In this document: positions 27,193 through 41,579 of the stretch, in pieces
Numbering within the stretch: the first letter of the stretch is position 1
Layout of the letters: each line of letters starts with the position of its first letter
Assembly: GCA_964016885.1 (NCBI GenBank)
Contig: OZ024762.1
Location: 26,970,001-27,034,000 of the forward strand
Direction of reading: 5' to 3'
DNA length: 64,000 nucleotides
From: Eledone cirrhosa
Taxonomy: Eukaryota
Program-made: the position numbers and the translations under genes
Notes under the pieces: generated by a model
What the model saw: only the letters and a program-made list of their open reading frames with translations
Databases searched by the model: none
What the model was told of the DNA's origin: nothing

Positions 27193-27257
27193 TATTTCAT
27201 TATACATATTTCAGGGATAACAAATTAAATCATTGTATGCCTTCATCAGACAAAATA
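27193..27257 (-). ncRNA. Type I hammerhead ribozyme in a PLE-type terminal repeat
   Basis: tattttgt CTGATGA ... GAAA tatgta TA atgaaata. Confidence 0.7.
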
Positions 27258-27464
27258 CAATATATAGCAGTTTTACAAATAAGCTTTGACGTACCCTTTT
27301 AAAATGCAACCATTATTTTTGGAAGCCATCTGGATAGTGAATTGTTTATATTATTTTTATAAGTCTTAGTGTTAAGGACAATTAGAAAAAAATACTTGTC
27401 GAGTGCTTTATATCAGTTATAAAAATATTTACTTGTTGTATCCCAACAATTTTAAATAGAACTT

Positions 27465-28667
<1,203 letters not shown>

Positions 28668-29271
28668 CTTGATATATTTCTTTTTTCTTTTTTCTTTTTC
28701 TTTTCTTTTTATTTCTAAGTTTATAGATACATCTATAAATAAGCAGTCTGCCGAAACCGTTAAATACTGACCTCTCCCCCCCTCCCACCTAATTTCTGTA
28801 TCTTGATCTAAATGTGTGTGGCAGTGTTTATGTGCGTGCATTAATGTCCATATGCTTATGATAATACTATATGCACATATATATGTGTGTGGGGGTGTGT
28901 GTGTGTATGTATGTTCGTAATTATGTGTATGTTTATGCATATACGCGCGTGTGTGTGTGAGTGTACGTGTATGTGTGAGTATATGAATGTGTGTATACAT
29001 TTATTTCATATTTATGTGTCTATACGCATTTTATCTGTGGATTATAAACTTACAGAGACATTAGCCTTGAATCTTTGTATTTGCATACATCTTTTTGGCA
29101 TGCGTATGCATGTGAGCATATATCTTTGTATAAATATGTGTACGAAGTTAATTACATGTATATACACACACCAAACTGCATAAATTTTTTTGTATTTTCA
29201 TTGGTCAATTTGAACTCTGTTCCCAAACGGACCTGAAATTTTGAATTGTTGTTATTATCAATAAATATATT

Positions 29272-29424
29272 TCATTATTTCTGAAGACGGCATATATGTG
29301 TGTTTGGTATGTATATTTAATCTTGATAGTTTGTATAATTTTGTATAATTTTGTACATAGATCTGTTGAATATGCATGCCAATTCTAACACATATATATC
29401 CTAGAAACGATCGTTAAATAATGA
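29272..29424 (+). ncRNA. Type I hammerhead ribozyme with ~116-nt stem II region
   Basis: 9-bp stem I tcattattt/aaataatga; CTGAAGA at 29281; GAAA at 29404; palindromic ACGATCGT stem III; GTT triplet. Confidence 0.7.
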
Positions 29425-29623
29425 ACTTTTTTTGTTTAATATAAGGAACTGTTTCATTGTTTTATTCATTATTTTTTTAAATATTTTATCTTGACTCTGT
29501 ATTCCGTTTATCTTTCACCGAAAGTGATTTTTCATTGCATCTCTTCTTTCCATGATATCCGGACTACATTGAGTTCTTCATACGGATTGGACACTACCGT
29601 AAACTCTTGGTAGATTTATCTAC

Positions 29624-29710
<87 letters not shown>

Positions 29711-29914
29711 TATGTACACGTACATACATATATGTATACCGACGTACAGTAGTATGTATATATATATACATACATGCACACATATATATATATGCACGTA
29801 TGGATTCACCGAACATTTATTATAATGCTCGGTGTGTTTGTAAACAAACATCCCGTATTAAGCCGTAGTGTCTAGCAACCACCGTTGCTCGTTTGTTCAA
29901 CACTGACAAAGAAA

Positions 29915-29956
29915 CGCTGTACCAGTTTCAAGCTTGTTAGCTATCGTCAGCAACGT
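29915..29956 (-). ncRNA. Type I hammerhead ribozyme (inverted unit)
   Basis: acgttg CTGACGA tagctaacaagctt GAAA ctg GTA cagcgt. Confidence 0.8.
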
Positions 29957-30458
29957 ATACCTTCCTGCCAGATTGTTGAACGTATATACTTACCTTATGC
30001 ATATTAACGGCTAAGTAGCCCAATTTGCATATCGAATGGGTTAATCGGCCGGGTGCACCGAAAACGATAAAAGGAAAAAAATGAAACGATATTTCATTTC
30101 CCACTCTTAGTACGGCTGTTACTTAAATATAAGTATGTACACGTACATACATATATGTATACCGACGTACAGTAGTATGTATATATATATATACGTGCAT
30201 ATATATATGTGTGCATGTATGTATATATATATATACATACTACTGTACGTCGGTATACATATATGTATGTACGTGTACATACTTATATTTAAGTAACAGC
30301 CGTGCTAAGAGTGGGAAATGAAATATCGTTTCATTTTTTTCCGTTTATCGTTTTCGGTGCACCCGGTCGATTAACCCACTCGATATGCAAATTGGGCTAC
30401 TCAGCCGTTAATATGCATAAGGTAAGTATATACGTTCAACAATCTGGCAGGAAAGTAT

Positions 30459-30501
30459 ACGTTGCTGACGATAGCTAACAAGCTTGAAACTAGTACAGCG
30501 T
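30459..30501 (+). ncRNA. Type I hammerhead ribozyme, predicted cleavage after 30495
   Basis: acgttg CTGACGA t-agct-aaca-agct-t GAAA cta GTA cagcgt; palindromic ACTAGT stem III. Confidence 0.85.
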
Positions 30502-30883
30502 TCCTTTGTCAGTGTTGAACAAACGAGCAACGCTGGTTGCTAGACACTACGGCTTAATACGGGATGTTTGTTTACAAACACACTGAGCATTATAATAAAT
30601 GTTCGGTGAATCCATACGTGCATATATATATATGTGTGCATGTATGTATATATATATATACATACTACTGTACGTCGGTATACATATATGTATCTACGTG
30701 TACATACTTATATTTAAGTAACAGCCGTACTAAGAGTGGGAAATGAAATAACGTTTCAGTTTTTTTCGTTTATCGTTTTCGGTGCACCCGGCCGATTAAC
30801 CCACTCAATATGCAAATTGGGCTACTCAGCCGTTAATATGCATAAGGTAAGTATATACGTTCAACAATCTGGCAGGAAAGTAT

Positions 30884-30926
30884 ACGTTGCTGACGATAGC
30901 TAACAAGCTTGAAACTATTACAGCGT
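30884..30926 (+). ncRNA. Type I hammerhead ribozyme, second unit (G>T change in stem III)
   Basis: Same fold 425 bp downstream; GAAActaTTA. Confidence 0.7.
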
Positions 30927-31190
30927 TCCTTTGTCAGTGTTGAACAAACGAGCAACGGTGGTTGCTAGACACTACGGCTTAATACGGGATGTTTGTTTAC
31001 AAACACACCGAGCATTATAATAAATGTTCGGTGAATCCATACGTGCATATATATATGTGTGCATGTATGTATATATATATATACATACTACTGTACGTCG
31101 CTATACATATATGTATGTACGTGTACATACTTATATCTAAGTAACAGCCGTACTAAGAGTGGGAAATGAAATATCGTTTCATTTTTTTCC

Positions 31191-31273
<83 letters not shown>

Positions 31274-31274
31274 C

Positions 31275-31405
<131 letters not shown>

Positions 31406-31411
31406 CATAGA

Positions 31412-31469
<58 letters not shown>

Positions 31470-31609
31470 GGTTTGAGGTTCACCACTGTATAGAGCTGGT
31501 CTATTCCGTATGGTCAATCGTAATGCAATAATATAGAGAGTACTCAACGTAAGGCAATTCAACCGTCTTTGTTTTTGTAGTTGGTGGTGCTATTACGGAG
31601 TTAAATATT

Positions 31610-31937
31610 ATAATGAAATGACAGGAGGCTGGATTTGTGTAAATCCTTGAAAGGTTTATTATACTATGATCATTTCAATGACCGGGTTCCGTATGAATCC
31701 GGTGATATCATCAGGTATTCGAAATATAATACGTGAATGTAATAGATAAAATCCATGGGGCTGAAAATCGAGGACCCGATTTTCAGCCCCATGGATTTTA
31801 TCTATTACATTCACGTATTATATTTCGAATACCTGATGATATCACCGGATTCATACGGAACCCGGTCATTGAAATGATCATAGTATAATAAACCTTTCAA
31901 GGATTTACACAAATCCAGCCTCCTGTCATTTCATTAT
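31610..31937. repeat. Palindrome with 161-bp arms and a 6-nt loop, one hammerhead per strand
   Basis: Centre aaaatcg-aggacc-cgatttt; arms read as exact reverse complements. Confidence 0.93.
31829..31886 (+). ncRNA. Type I hammerhead ribozyme, predicted cleavage after 31882
   Basis: atac CTGATGA ..accgg..ccggt.. GAAA tgatc ATA gtat, then AATAAA; palindromic ATGATCAT. Confidence 0.8.
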
Positions 31938-31950
31938 TATATATATATAT

Positions 31951-33213
<1,263 letters not shown>

Positions 33214-33736
33214 TGAAAGACGTAAAATAAGAAAATTTTAAAAATTCACTTACTTACTAAAATTTCACTCCAACTAAATAGTTTCTGAAAGGGAATAAAC
33301 ATGGTTTCCGAATTGAATGCATGGAGAAAGCCTTTCGACATCAGGGAGTCTATTCTCAGCTAAGTTCCCAGGCGATGCGTGGACACAAGGAACTTATACA
33401 AAAATAATTCAGTGGATGGTAAAAAGCAAGCGTGGACTAAATTCCAAGACATTGAAAAAATCACTGCCTACTTGGTCGGTGGCAAATTCAAAAGAGTCAA
33501 TCACGTGACATCGAGGTTAATCAGTGACGAGTGGGGTGTTAAGAAGACAGTAGCTGAACTATTACTATGAACTATAGTAGCAGTTTTTGCAAATTTTTGC
33601 CCAATAAAATAATTTGTAGATAATTATAAAGAATTAGTATATCTACCAACATATATATACAGATGCATACCTATGCTAGCAAATATATAGGTTTTGTCTT
33701 AGTAACTTTGTGGTTCAATGCAAGGGGATGCAGAAC

Positions 33737-33800
<64 letters not shown>

Positions 33801-33885
33801 GGAATAGAATGAAACGAAATTTCATTTCTCACTCTTAGTACGGCACTTACTCATGTATGTACATACTTACATGTATGTACATACT

Positions 33886-33937
<52 letters not shown>

Positions 33938-33938
<1 letters not shown>

Positions 33939-35171
33939 TAGCAGAAGTACCCGGCGTTGCCCGGGTGTAAGTCGACCTTTGGTCTGTTGTTAAAATGTTT
34001 GAAAGTTACTTCCCGCGCATCACAGGTGCAAAAACCTTCGAACCTCAAGGAAAAAAAGAGAGGTTAGTATACGCAGGTGTGTAATTGAGCATAAATAATG
34101 GATCAATTGTAGGTTCACAGTGTATCGTTGAAATTGTTCTTTGCAAGACTGACGGAAGTCAAATTCACTTGAAATTGAATTTGCAGTTGATTTTTAAAGC
34201 AGGGTGAAAAAGTCGATTTTTTCAAATATATATTTTTTTTTACAATTTTGGCGCTCACATGTGCAGAAGAAGAAATAAAAGGGACTTTATCTGAATCGCG
34301 GCATAATGGACGATTCATTTGCGACAGTTTTCACGAAAATCGCACGTTCCTGTAAAAAATTATCCCATCTGCAACTTTGCCTTGTTTTTTGCGCAAAGTC
34401 GAACCCCCGCTTCAGTTTTATTGATTTTTTACATGAACGCGTGACCTCTGAATTAGATTTGAGTAGCTAAAGACCTGTCCCGGTAAATTTGCTATATGTG
34501 AAAAAAAGTTGATCAAAATTGCGTCTAGGGTTATTGCCCTTTGCAACAGCCTCAAGAACTTGTAATTAAAAAGATTTACCATGGACTATCGTGCACGTTG
34601 GTATTGTGTTTAGCCTGCGAAAATCGGTGATCAAATGAGGCAACAATAAGCCATACTGATGACGTTTAAGCGGGTGGCAAGGAATTGATGCGGCATAGAT
34701 AGCCATGGGAGTCTTGGAGGAGCACGGCGGTCAGGCAAAATAAAGGGCCGAGGATGGGATGGTGGCTGACAGTGCATGGAGGCGGCATCCTGAGGCATGA
34801 AGATGTAGTGGTGCGACGGCCAGCAGGCAAGGAAGAGGGCAGGGGTGAACGGTGGCAAGGATGCCGCATGGTGATCCATGGCAGTCTTGAAGGAGCACTG
34901 CGGGCAGGAAAAAGAAAGGGCCAAGGAGGGGATGGCGGCTGATAGAGCATTGATGCGGCATGGTGATGCATGACGATGCAGTGGGGCGACGGCGTGCAGG
35001 GAAGGGAGATTGCCGGGATTGACGGTTGCAGGGATTCCGCATGGTGAACCATGGCACTCGTGAAGGACCAAGTCGTGCGGGTAAGGGAGAGGTAAGGGGA
35101 GGGCATGGTGGCTGACAGAGCATGGATGCGGCATGGTGAGGCATGACGATGCAGTGGGACGACATATATAT

Positions 35172-35228
<57 letters not shown>

Positions 35229-35436
35229 TATATATACACACACACATATATATATATATATACACACACACATACATATATACATAACTATATGTGTGTG
35301 TGTTTATCTATGTATGTATTTTATCAGCAGGCAGGAGGTTTTGGCTGCGCCAGTGAGGTGGAAGAGAGGGAAAGAGAGTAAGTTAGAGTTGTCCTGATTT
35401 TTGCCTCTGGTGATCCAATTATCGATAAGAATTAGA
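33938..35436 (-). mobile_element. Non-autonomous Helitron-like element (3' end clear, 5' end tentative)
   Basis: Minus strand ends with hairpin cccgg-gcaacg-ccggg, then CTAG followed by T. Candidate A|TC start at 35436. Internal ~173-bp GC-rich repeats at 34660-35162. Confidence 0.55.
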
Positions 35437-36678
35437 TGTTATTAAAGAATGTTGTTAAAAACGAAGGAAAATAAAATTTTGGGATAAGGGTAGTAGTTAG
35501 AAATACCAATCTATAAACTACAAGGAATCTAGATTCATAACAGGAAATTAAAATAGTTTATATGTATACTTTTAGGTATTAATTTGGGAAAAGAGAGCTG
35601 TAAAAGGGAAATAAAATTATGAAGTTCTCTAGTAAAGTACTAATTATAGGTTAACTAAATTAAAGAAACTAATTATAATAATATGTAAAATATAAGTGTA
35701 AGGTGTATATTAATTAGGTTTATAATATTTGAAAGTTCCTCTAATTCTATGATTGCAAGATATAATTAATTCTTGTCGCTTATTTAATAGGATATCCTTA
35801 GATTTTATTATTTCAAAAAGTTCCTGGGAACATAATCTACACTCATATCTGTTATTTTGATAAGGAGTGGCCCTTTTGAGCACACTCCAGGTCAGGTTGT
35901 AATCAATATTCTTTTTTCTATAATTATTAATTGTTTCAGCCAAGGATATTGTATTAGCTAATGCGGCATTTTTAAAACTATGTTTGTGGGTATTAAATCT
36001 TTCTTTAAAATTGTTAGACGTAGCTCCTATATATGAATTATTGGAGACCTTAGTGTTAATTTTACATTTCTAGATTATGTTATTAATAAGACAATTTCCC
36101 TTTAATGGGCAATTTCTTTTGTTTCTACAGTTACAACCATTCGTGAATATTATATCGGGGGAGTTAGTCAAGTTTGGTGTGGAATTTATTTGACTTGTTA
36201 TATGTGAAGCAGATGGTGGTGTGTTGCGGTTTATTTTAGTATTATGGTTGGTTTGATGTGTTGGTGGTATATTCTGTTGTTGTTTTTACATTTATATGCG
36301 TTGTACGCACTTATATTTTGTTGTATATTTTTGGTAGTGTAGTAGGAAAATTTGACAATTGATCTATTTACAATTTGATGGTATTTATGGTTTGGCGGGA
36401 AGTTTTTCTCTAGGATAGTAAAAAAATGTTTAGCGATATTAGCTTTAATTTGTAGATTAAATGGAGCATTATACCAAGTAACCCGTCTATTACGGTTTCG
36501 ATATTGTTTTTTTATATTTATACGATGTATCATAAGAGAGTTACTATTAGTGAATTTATTATATATAGGTTTAGTTAGATTAACTGATTTAGGTGTTTTA
36601 GTCTGATTACTAGGAATTTTGTTAATAATGTTGTTAACATATATTGGAGTATTAGGATGAATGGTTTTTTGAAAGTCA

Positions 36679-36690
<12 letters not shown>
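35437..36690 (-). mobile_element. Penelope-like element 3' part: RT thumb, Cys linker, GIY-YIG endonuclease
   Basis: WYNAPFN, FPPNHKYHQIVNR, CNCRNKRNCPLKGNCL, YIGATSNNFKERFNTH, CRLCSQE, LLNKRQELIISCNH. Confidence 0.85.
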
Positions 36691-36711
<21 letters not shown>

Positions 36712-36719
<8 letters not shown>

Positions 36720-37001
36720 TAAATAACAGATTAAAGTTTAAGCAAAGAATCGCTGCTTTCACCCTTAACGGGATCTTCTGAAACTAACAAAGTCAATCTG
36801 TAAACGCAGAACTGGATATTTCAAAAAACGTTTACAGATTGACTTTGTTTCAGAAGATCCCGTTAAGGGTGAAAGCAGCGATTCTTTGCTTAAACTTTAA
36901 TCTGTTATTTAATAAATATTTGCTCTCCGGTTCTTATATATTTGATATATATTTTCCTTATCGAGCCCTCTCTGGATTTTAGTCTTCAATTTTATTATTA
37001 T

Positions 37002-37005
<4 letters not shown>
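36712..37005 (+). mobile_element. Fold-back PLE-type terminal repeat with variant hammerhead (CAGAAGA core); family also at ~40500-40575, 48125-48282, 57780-57955
   Basis: Arms 36712-36806 and 36829-36919. Fixed 3' end ...gtcttcaa.ttt(att)nactata. Confidence 0.75.
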
Positions 37006-37081
<76 letters not shown>

Positions 37082-37431
37082 AGAGACTCTGTGTGTGTGT
37101 GTGCGCGTGAGGGAAAGAAAATGTAAGAAAGTGAGAGATCGGGGGGGGGGCGTATATATGTATGTGTGTGTATCTCGGGTATATATATAATGTATTTTCA
37201 GATCTAACAATTATATTGCAAATTGATAACATAGATGTCCTCCGACCTGGCTGGGGAAGAAGGGTAACCAAGTTTATTACAAAACACGCTTCACCGAGTG
37301 CTTATACGTAATATAAATCTGATATCTCCTTAGTGGCATTCTGCTATTCGTGGATAATTAATAAGTTTTGAAAACAACAGAATTTATCTCACTAGTATGT
37401 CAGTACTAATAACATATAGCTGGCTTTAGGA

Positions 37432-37524
37432 AGATGAAACTAAACAGAGGAGACTGAGGTTGGCTGGACATGCTCACCGACATCCAGAGTTGACATTGCA
37501 CTCAGTGCTCCTTTGGGAGCCCCT

Positions 37525-37525
<1 letters not shown>
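37432..37525 (+). mobile_element. Small RTE fragment
   Basis: cagaggagactgaggttggctggacatgctcaccgac (QRRLRLAGHAHRHPE). Confidence 0.7.
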
Positions 37526-37556
<31 letters not shown>

Positions 37557-37612
37557 TGGGCCGTCAAGTATGGAATTTGTAGAAATTTGTGGGAAAAAAA
37601 CAAGCGAGAGAA

Positions 37613-37665
37613 GAGCTTCTACAGAACTAGAACTGTTTCATTCTTGAGAAATCATCAGGAAGCTC
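37613..37665 (-). ncRNA. Type I hammerhead ribozyme, complete fold
   Basis: 7-bp stem I gagcttc/gaagctc; CTGATGA; GAAA; stem III ACAG/CTGT; GTA triplet. Confidence 0.8.
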
Positions 37666-37769
37666 TGCTATGTATTGAGTAGCTTACTTACTGTGGTTAC
37701 CTCCGATTCAACCCGGAATAACTTATCCCTTCCGTATACTATACCGATTGTGTTGTTATTTCTGTTTAC

Positions 37770-37886
<117 letters not shown>

Positions 37887-37963
37887 TGGATGGTCAAGTA
37901 TGAAATCTGTAGAAACTTGTTTTTTTCCCACAAATTTCTACAAATTCCATACTTGACGACACA

Positions 37964-37998
<35 letters not shown>

Positions 37999-38047
37999 TT
38001 TACTTTCATTTTTCTAAGATATATATACGCATATATATATATACACA

Positions 38048-38124
<77 letters not shown>

Positions 38125-38128
<4 letters not shown>

Positions 38129-38316
38129 GAAAAAGTATGACTCCGACGGCAGAGCTCAAGCCGTTTCGACGGCTATTTCTGGACATAAATAGCCGTCGAA
38201 ACGGCTTGAGCTCTGCCGTCGAGGTCATACTTTTTCCTATTTCCCACTCTACTACCCCAAGTATCGAGTACTCTGGTAGGTCATGGTCCCCCTGGTATTT
38301 TACCACACCTTCTTTG

Positions 38317-38320
<4 letters not shown>
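38125..38320 (+). mobile_element. Fold-back PLE-type terminal repeat (hairpin 38125-38240) between (TA)n tracts
   Basis: ~54-bp arms around loop ctggacat; contains GAAACGGC...GCCGTC. Confidence 0.75.
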
Positions 38321-38371
<51 letters not shown>

Positions 38372-38387
38372 TATATATATAGACATA

Positions 38388-38424
<37 letters not shown>

Positions 38425-38560
38425 GCAGAGGTTATACTTAATTTGTTGGGATTCAACTAGCTTAAAATTGTTTATAACTGATATAAAGCACTCATCAGTT
38501 TTTAGTGGAGTAAATACACAATATATTAATAAATGGAAACTATATTTATAAAACCATATT

Positions 38561-38626
38561 TATTTTATTATATATATTTCAAGGGTGACCAAGGTAAATT
38601 ATGGTGCGCTTTCATCAGATAAAATA
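38561..38626 (-). ncRNA. Type I hammerhead ribozyme
   Basis: tattttat CTGATGA ... GAAA tatata TA ataaaata. Confidence 0.75.
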
Positions 38627-39011
38627 CAGATTTGTTTTATAAATAAATATTGACACGGAAAAAGACAACCTCAACGGTTGAAATTTGCTGGATAGTTGAG
38701 ATACTTGAGAATGATACAAATTAGTGAGTGAGTATGCAAATGAGTGTCGGAAAAATTGCAAAAAATTGAAAAAAATCAACGGTTTATTTAAATTAAACTG
38801 CTGCAAGAAAATAGATGTAAAAAGGGAGAGAGACAAAAAATTGAGAGGGAGAGAGATAAAGAGAATAGAAAGAGAAAGAGAGAGATAGAAGAAAAAGAGA
38901 AAAAGAGAAAAGATATAATATTGAGAGAGAGTGAAGGAAAGAACAAATAATTGAGATGGAGAGAGAAAGAAAAAAAGTATTGTGCGGGAGAGAGAAATGA
39001 ATGTTGAAAAA

Positions 39012-39990
39012 ATATTGGAAAATATGTCGGCTCTACTTCGACAGACTTCAAATCACGTTTCAATAACCATAAATGTTCCTTCACGAATATTAACAAGAAA
39101 TCTTCAACTTCTCTATCCAATTTAAAATCGAAGAATATAAAATATTCTTTATTTGGGAAAATTGTCTCCAAAGCACCATGCTACACAGGTTTATCCAATT
39201 TTTGTAGTCTTTGTGTAGAGAAAATATTCTTTATACTAAAATCTAAGAACTCTGTTAATTTGCGGAATAATTTATTTAGTTCTTGTAAACATCGATTAAA
39301 TTCAACTTTTAGATATATATATAAAATGTAATATATGCTCATTCTTCCTTACATAACGTTTTTCTCCATCCAAACACCTATAATCTCTCCCCTCAGATTA
39401 TATAGATTCTAACCTTCCTAAATATATAAACTGCACTTATTAATTTTAATTTTAATTTACTCCTTAAAACCAATACTTATATTATCGCCCTCTCCAGAAA
39501 TTCTTTTATGAAAATATTTTGAAAAATTCTAAAAATTTCCTTCGAAACAACTCCTGGAAATTTTTGTAAAATTTCTGAGAGGTTCTTTTGAATGATATGA
39601 ATTCCGATTACCCCTACACATTCTAAACATGCTTAATACTTATGTATTTTCTTATATATCCAACCATTTTTAATACTTATGTATCTTCATATATATCCAA
39701 TCATTTTTATATATATGTGCAATAATTGTCTTATATTTTAATCATATCTTAATTATATTTTAATAGTAATTTTTATTATTTCTTATAACATTATTAGTGA
39801 TTTTCATCTATCTTTGAATCATTGGGTTAAAAAAATCCCTGTTTAACTTCCTTTAAACCTCTTTGTTGTTTTTATTATCTCAATCTTTATAGTCTTAATT
39901 TATAGTCGAAACTGTAAACTGTTTTAATATATACTCCTAATTAAATAATTTTTCCTTTCTAAACTCTCGAAAATCTTCATAAATGTTAAG
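39012..39990 (+). mobile_element. Penelope-like GIY-YIG fragment plus AT-rich 3' region
   Basis: KYVGSTSTDFKSRFNNHKCSF..KSSTSLS, later CSLCVE and SCKH. Confidence 0.7.
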
Positions 39991-40028
39991 ATTTGACTTA
40001 CAACTATTAATACACACCCACATACACA

Positions 40029-40080
<52 letters not shown>

Positions 40081-40448
40081 GAGTAAAAATACGATATTAA
40101 CAAATGGAAACTATATTTATAAAACCATATTTATTTCATTATACATATTTCAATATACTAATAATATAATTAAAGCTACAACTCCACTATCCGGGAGATT
40201 CCAACAGCAATGGTTGCATTCTTTAAGGGTATGTCAATATTTATTTATAAAACTGATCTATATTATATTTTATGTGATGAAAGCACACCATATTTAACTT
40301 AGTGTCCTTGAAATATGTATAATGAAATAAATATGGTTTTATAAATATAGTTTCCATTTGTTAATATCGTATTTTTACTCAAAATATCAGTTATATCAGT
40401 TATAAAAATATTTGCTTGTTGTATCCCAACAATTTAAATAGAACTTTT

Positions 40449-40450
<2 letters not shown>
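40081..40450 (+). mobile_element. Fold-back PLE-type terminal repeat (arms 40081-40153 and 40308-40380) with degenerate hammerhead (GTGATGA)
   Basis: Same family as ~27150-27260 and ~38440-38630. Confidence 0.7.
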
Positions 40451-40503
<53 letters not shown>

Positions 40504-40609
40504 ACAGATTAAAGTTTAAGCAAAGAATCACTGCTTTCAGCCTTAACGCGATCTTCAAATTTATTATTATTACTCTATATATATATGTGTGTGTATGTAT
40601 GTATGTATG

Positions 40610-40670
<61 letters not shown>

Positions 40671-40672
<2 letters not shown>

Positions 40673-41258
40673 CTGGTAACATGTATCCCAGTACAACCTG
40701 TCTCATGGTCGGGTCGTTGGCGACTAAACTGGCAACCCCACCAAGGTTTCTTGGTGAGGAGGGTGACTTTGGACATCCTGCAGGACTAAAAACAAAACCT
40801 GTCAAAGGGCAAAGGAGCTCTTAAGAGTCAATGGCCATCCAAAATCACCGGGAGAGATGACCCCTTAGCCTTTGTCAAGGCAGAATTCTAGGAGAAGGAA
40901 AACTCTGATATAACGCCTGCAACCCTGATGGTATCCAATGATGTTGACTTGTTCTTCTTTTTGGTAAATATCATCTTGGTTAAGAGAGTGGGACTGGCTT
41001 TGTGCAGTGCCTTTGCTCACTATAAAAGCTTCACGGCACAGGCATTGCTTTATATCTGGAGATCTCTCTGCACTTGTCATCACATGGTACCATGGGCCCT
41101 GCAATATGTGTCATAATTGTCACAGGTGTAGTGTTTGTACCAGGGTTTTCAAGTCGCTGGCTGGACTAAAAAGTCACACTCGTTCAGCGCATCGGTAGGG
41201 GTTCTCCTACATGGATATAAAGTAGTGGCCGTACTCGAAAACGAGTTGGCAGCCACCA
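40671..41258 (+). mobile_element. RTE-derived non-autonomous retroelement, copy 3
   Basis: Near-identical to 12732-13268; lies between (TA)n tracts. Confidence 0.8.
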
Positions 41259-41319
41259 TATATATATATATATATATATAACTCTTCCTTCTTATTCTTA
41301 TTCCTCTTATTCTCATTTT

Positions 41320-41444
41320 TCTTCTTCTTCTTCTTCTTCTTCTTCTTCTTCTTCTTCTTCTTCTTCTTCTTCTTCTTCTTCTTCTTCTTCTTCTTCTTCT
41401 TCTTCTTCTTCTTCTTCTTCTTCGTCGTCGTCGTCTTCTTCTTC
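41320..41444. repeat. (CTT)n microsatellite
   Basis: Read directly from the sequence. Confidence 0.95.
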
Positions 41445-41579
41445 AGTATTGGTATGAGTAGAGTGTCTGACAAACTGCTTACAGTTACGTCCCTTTACGT
41501 TATGAGGTCATATTCCGTCACGATTAGCTTTGCCTTTCATCCTTACATGGTCGATAAAATAAAGTAGTTTTGTGTAACG

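Larger units (their letters stand above)
29706..31195 (+). mobile_element. ORF-less 425-bp hammerhead-containing tandem (about 2.4 units) preceded by an inverted unit; retrozyme-like or non-autonomous PLE
   Basis: Units start at ~30191, 30614, 31039. Inverted copy at 29706-30190. (TA)n on both sides. Confidence 0.85.

Noticed and set aside
33317-33570. Two short non-repetitive ORFs
   Set aside because: No recognisable motif; I cannot tell exon from decayed transposon without a search.
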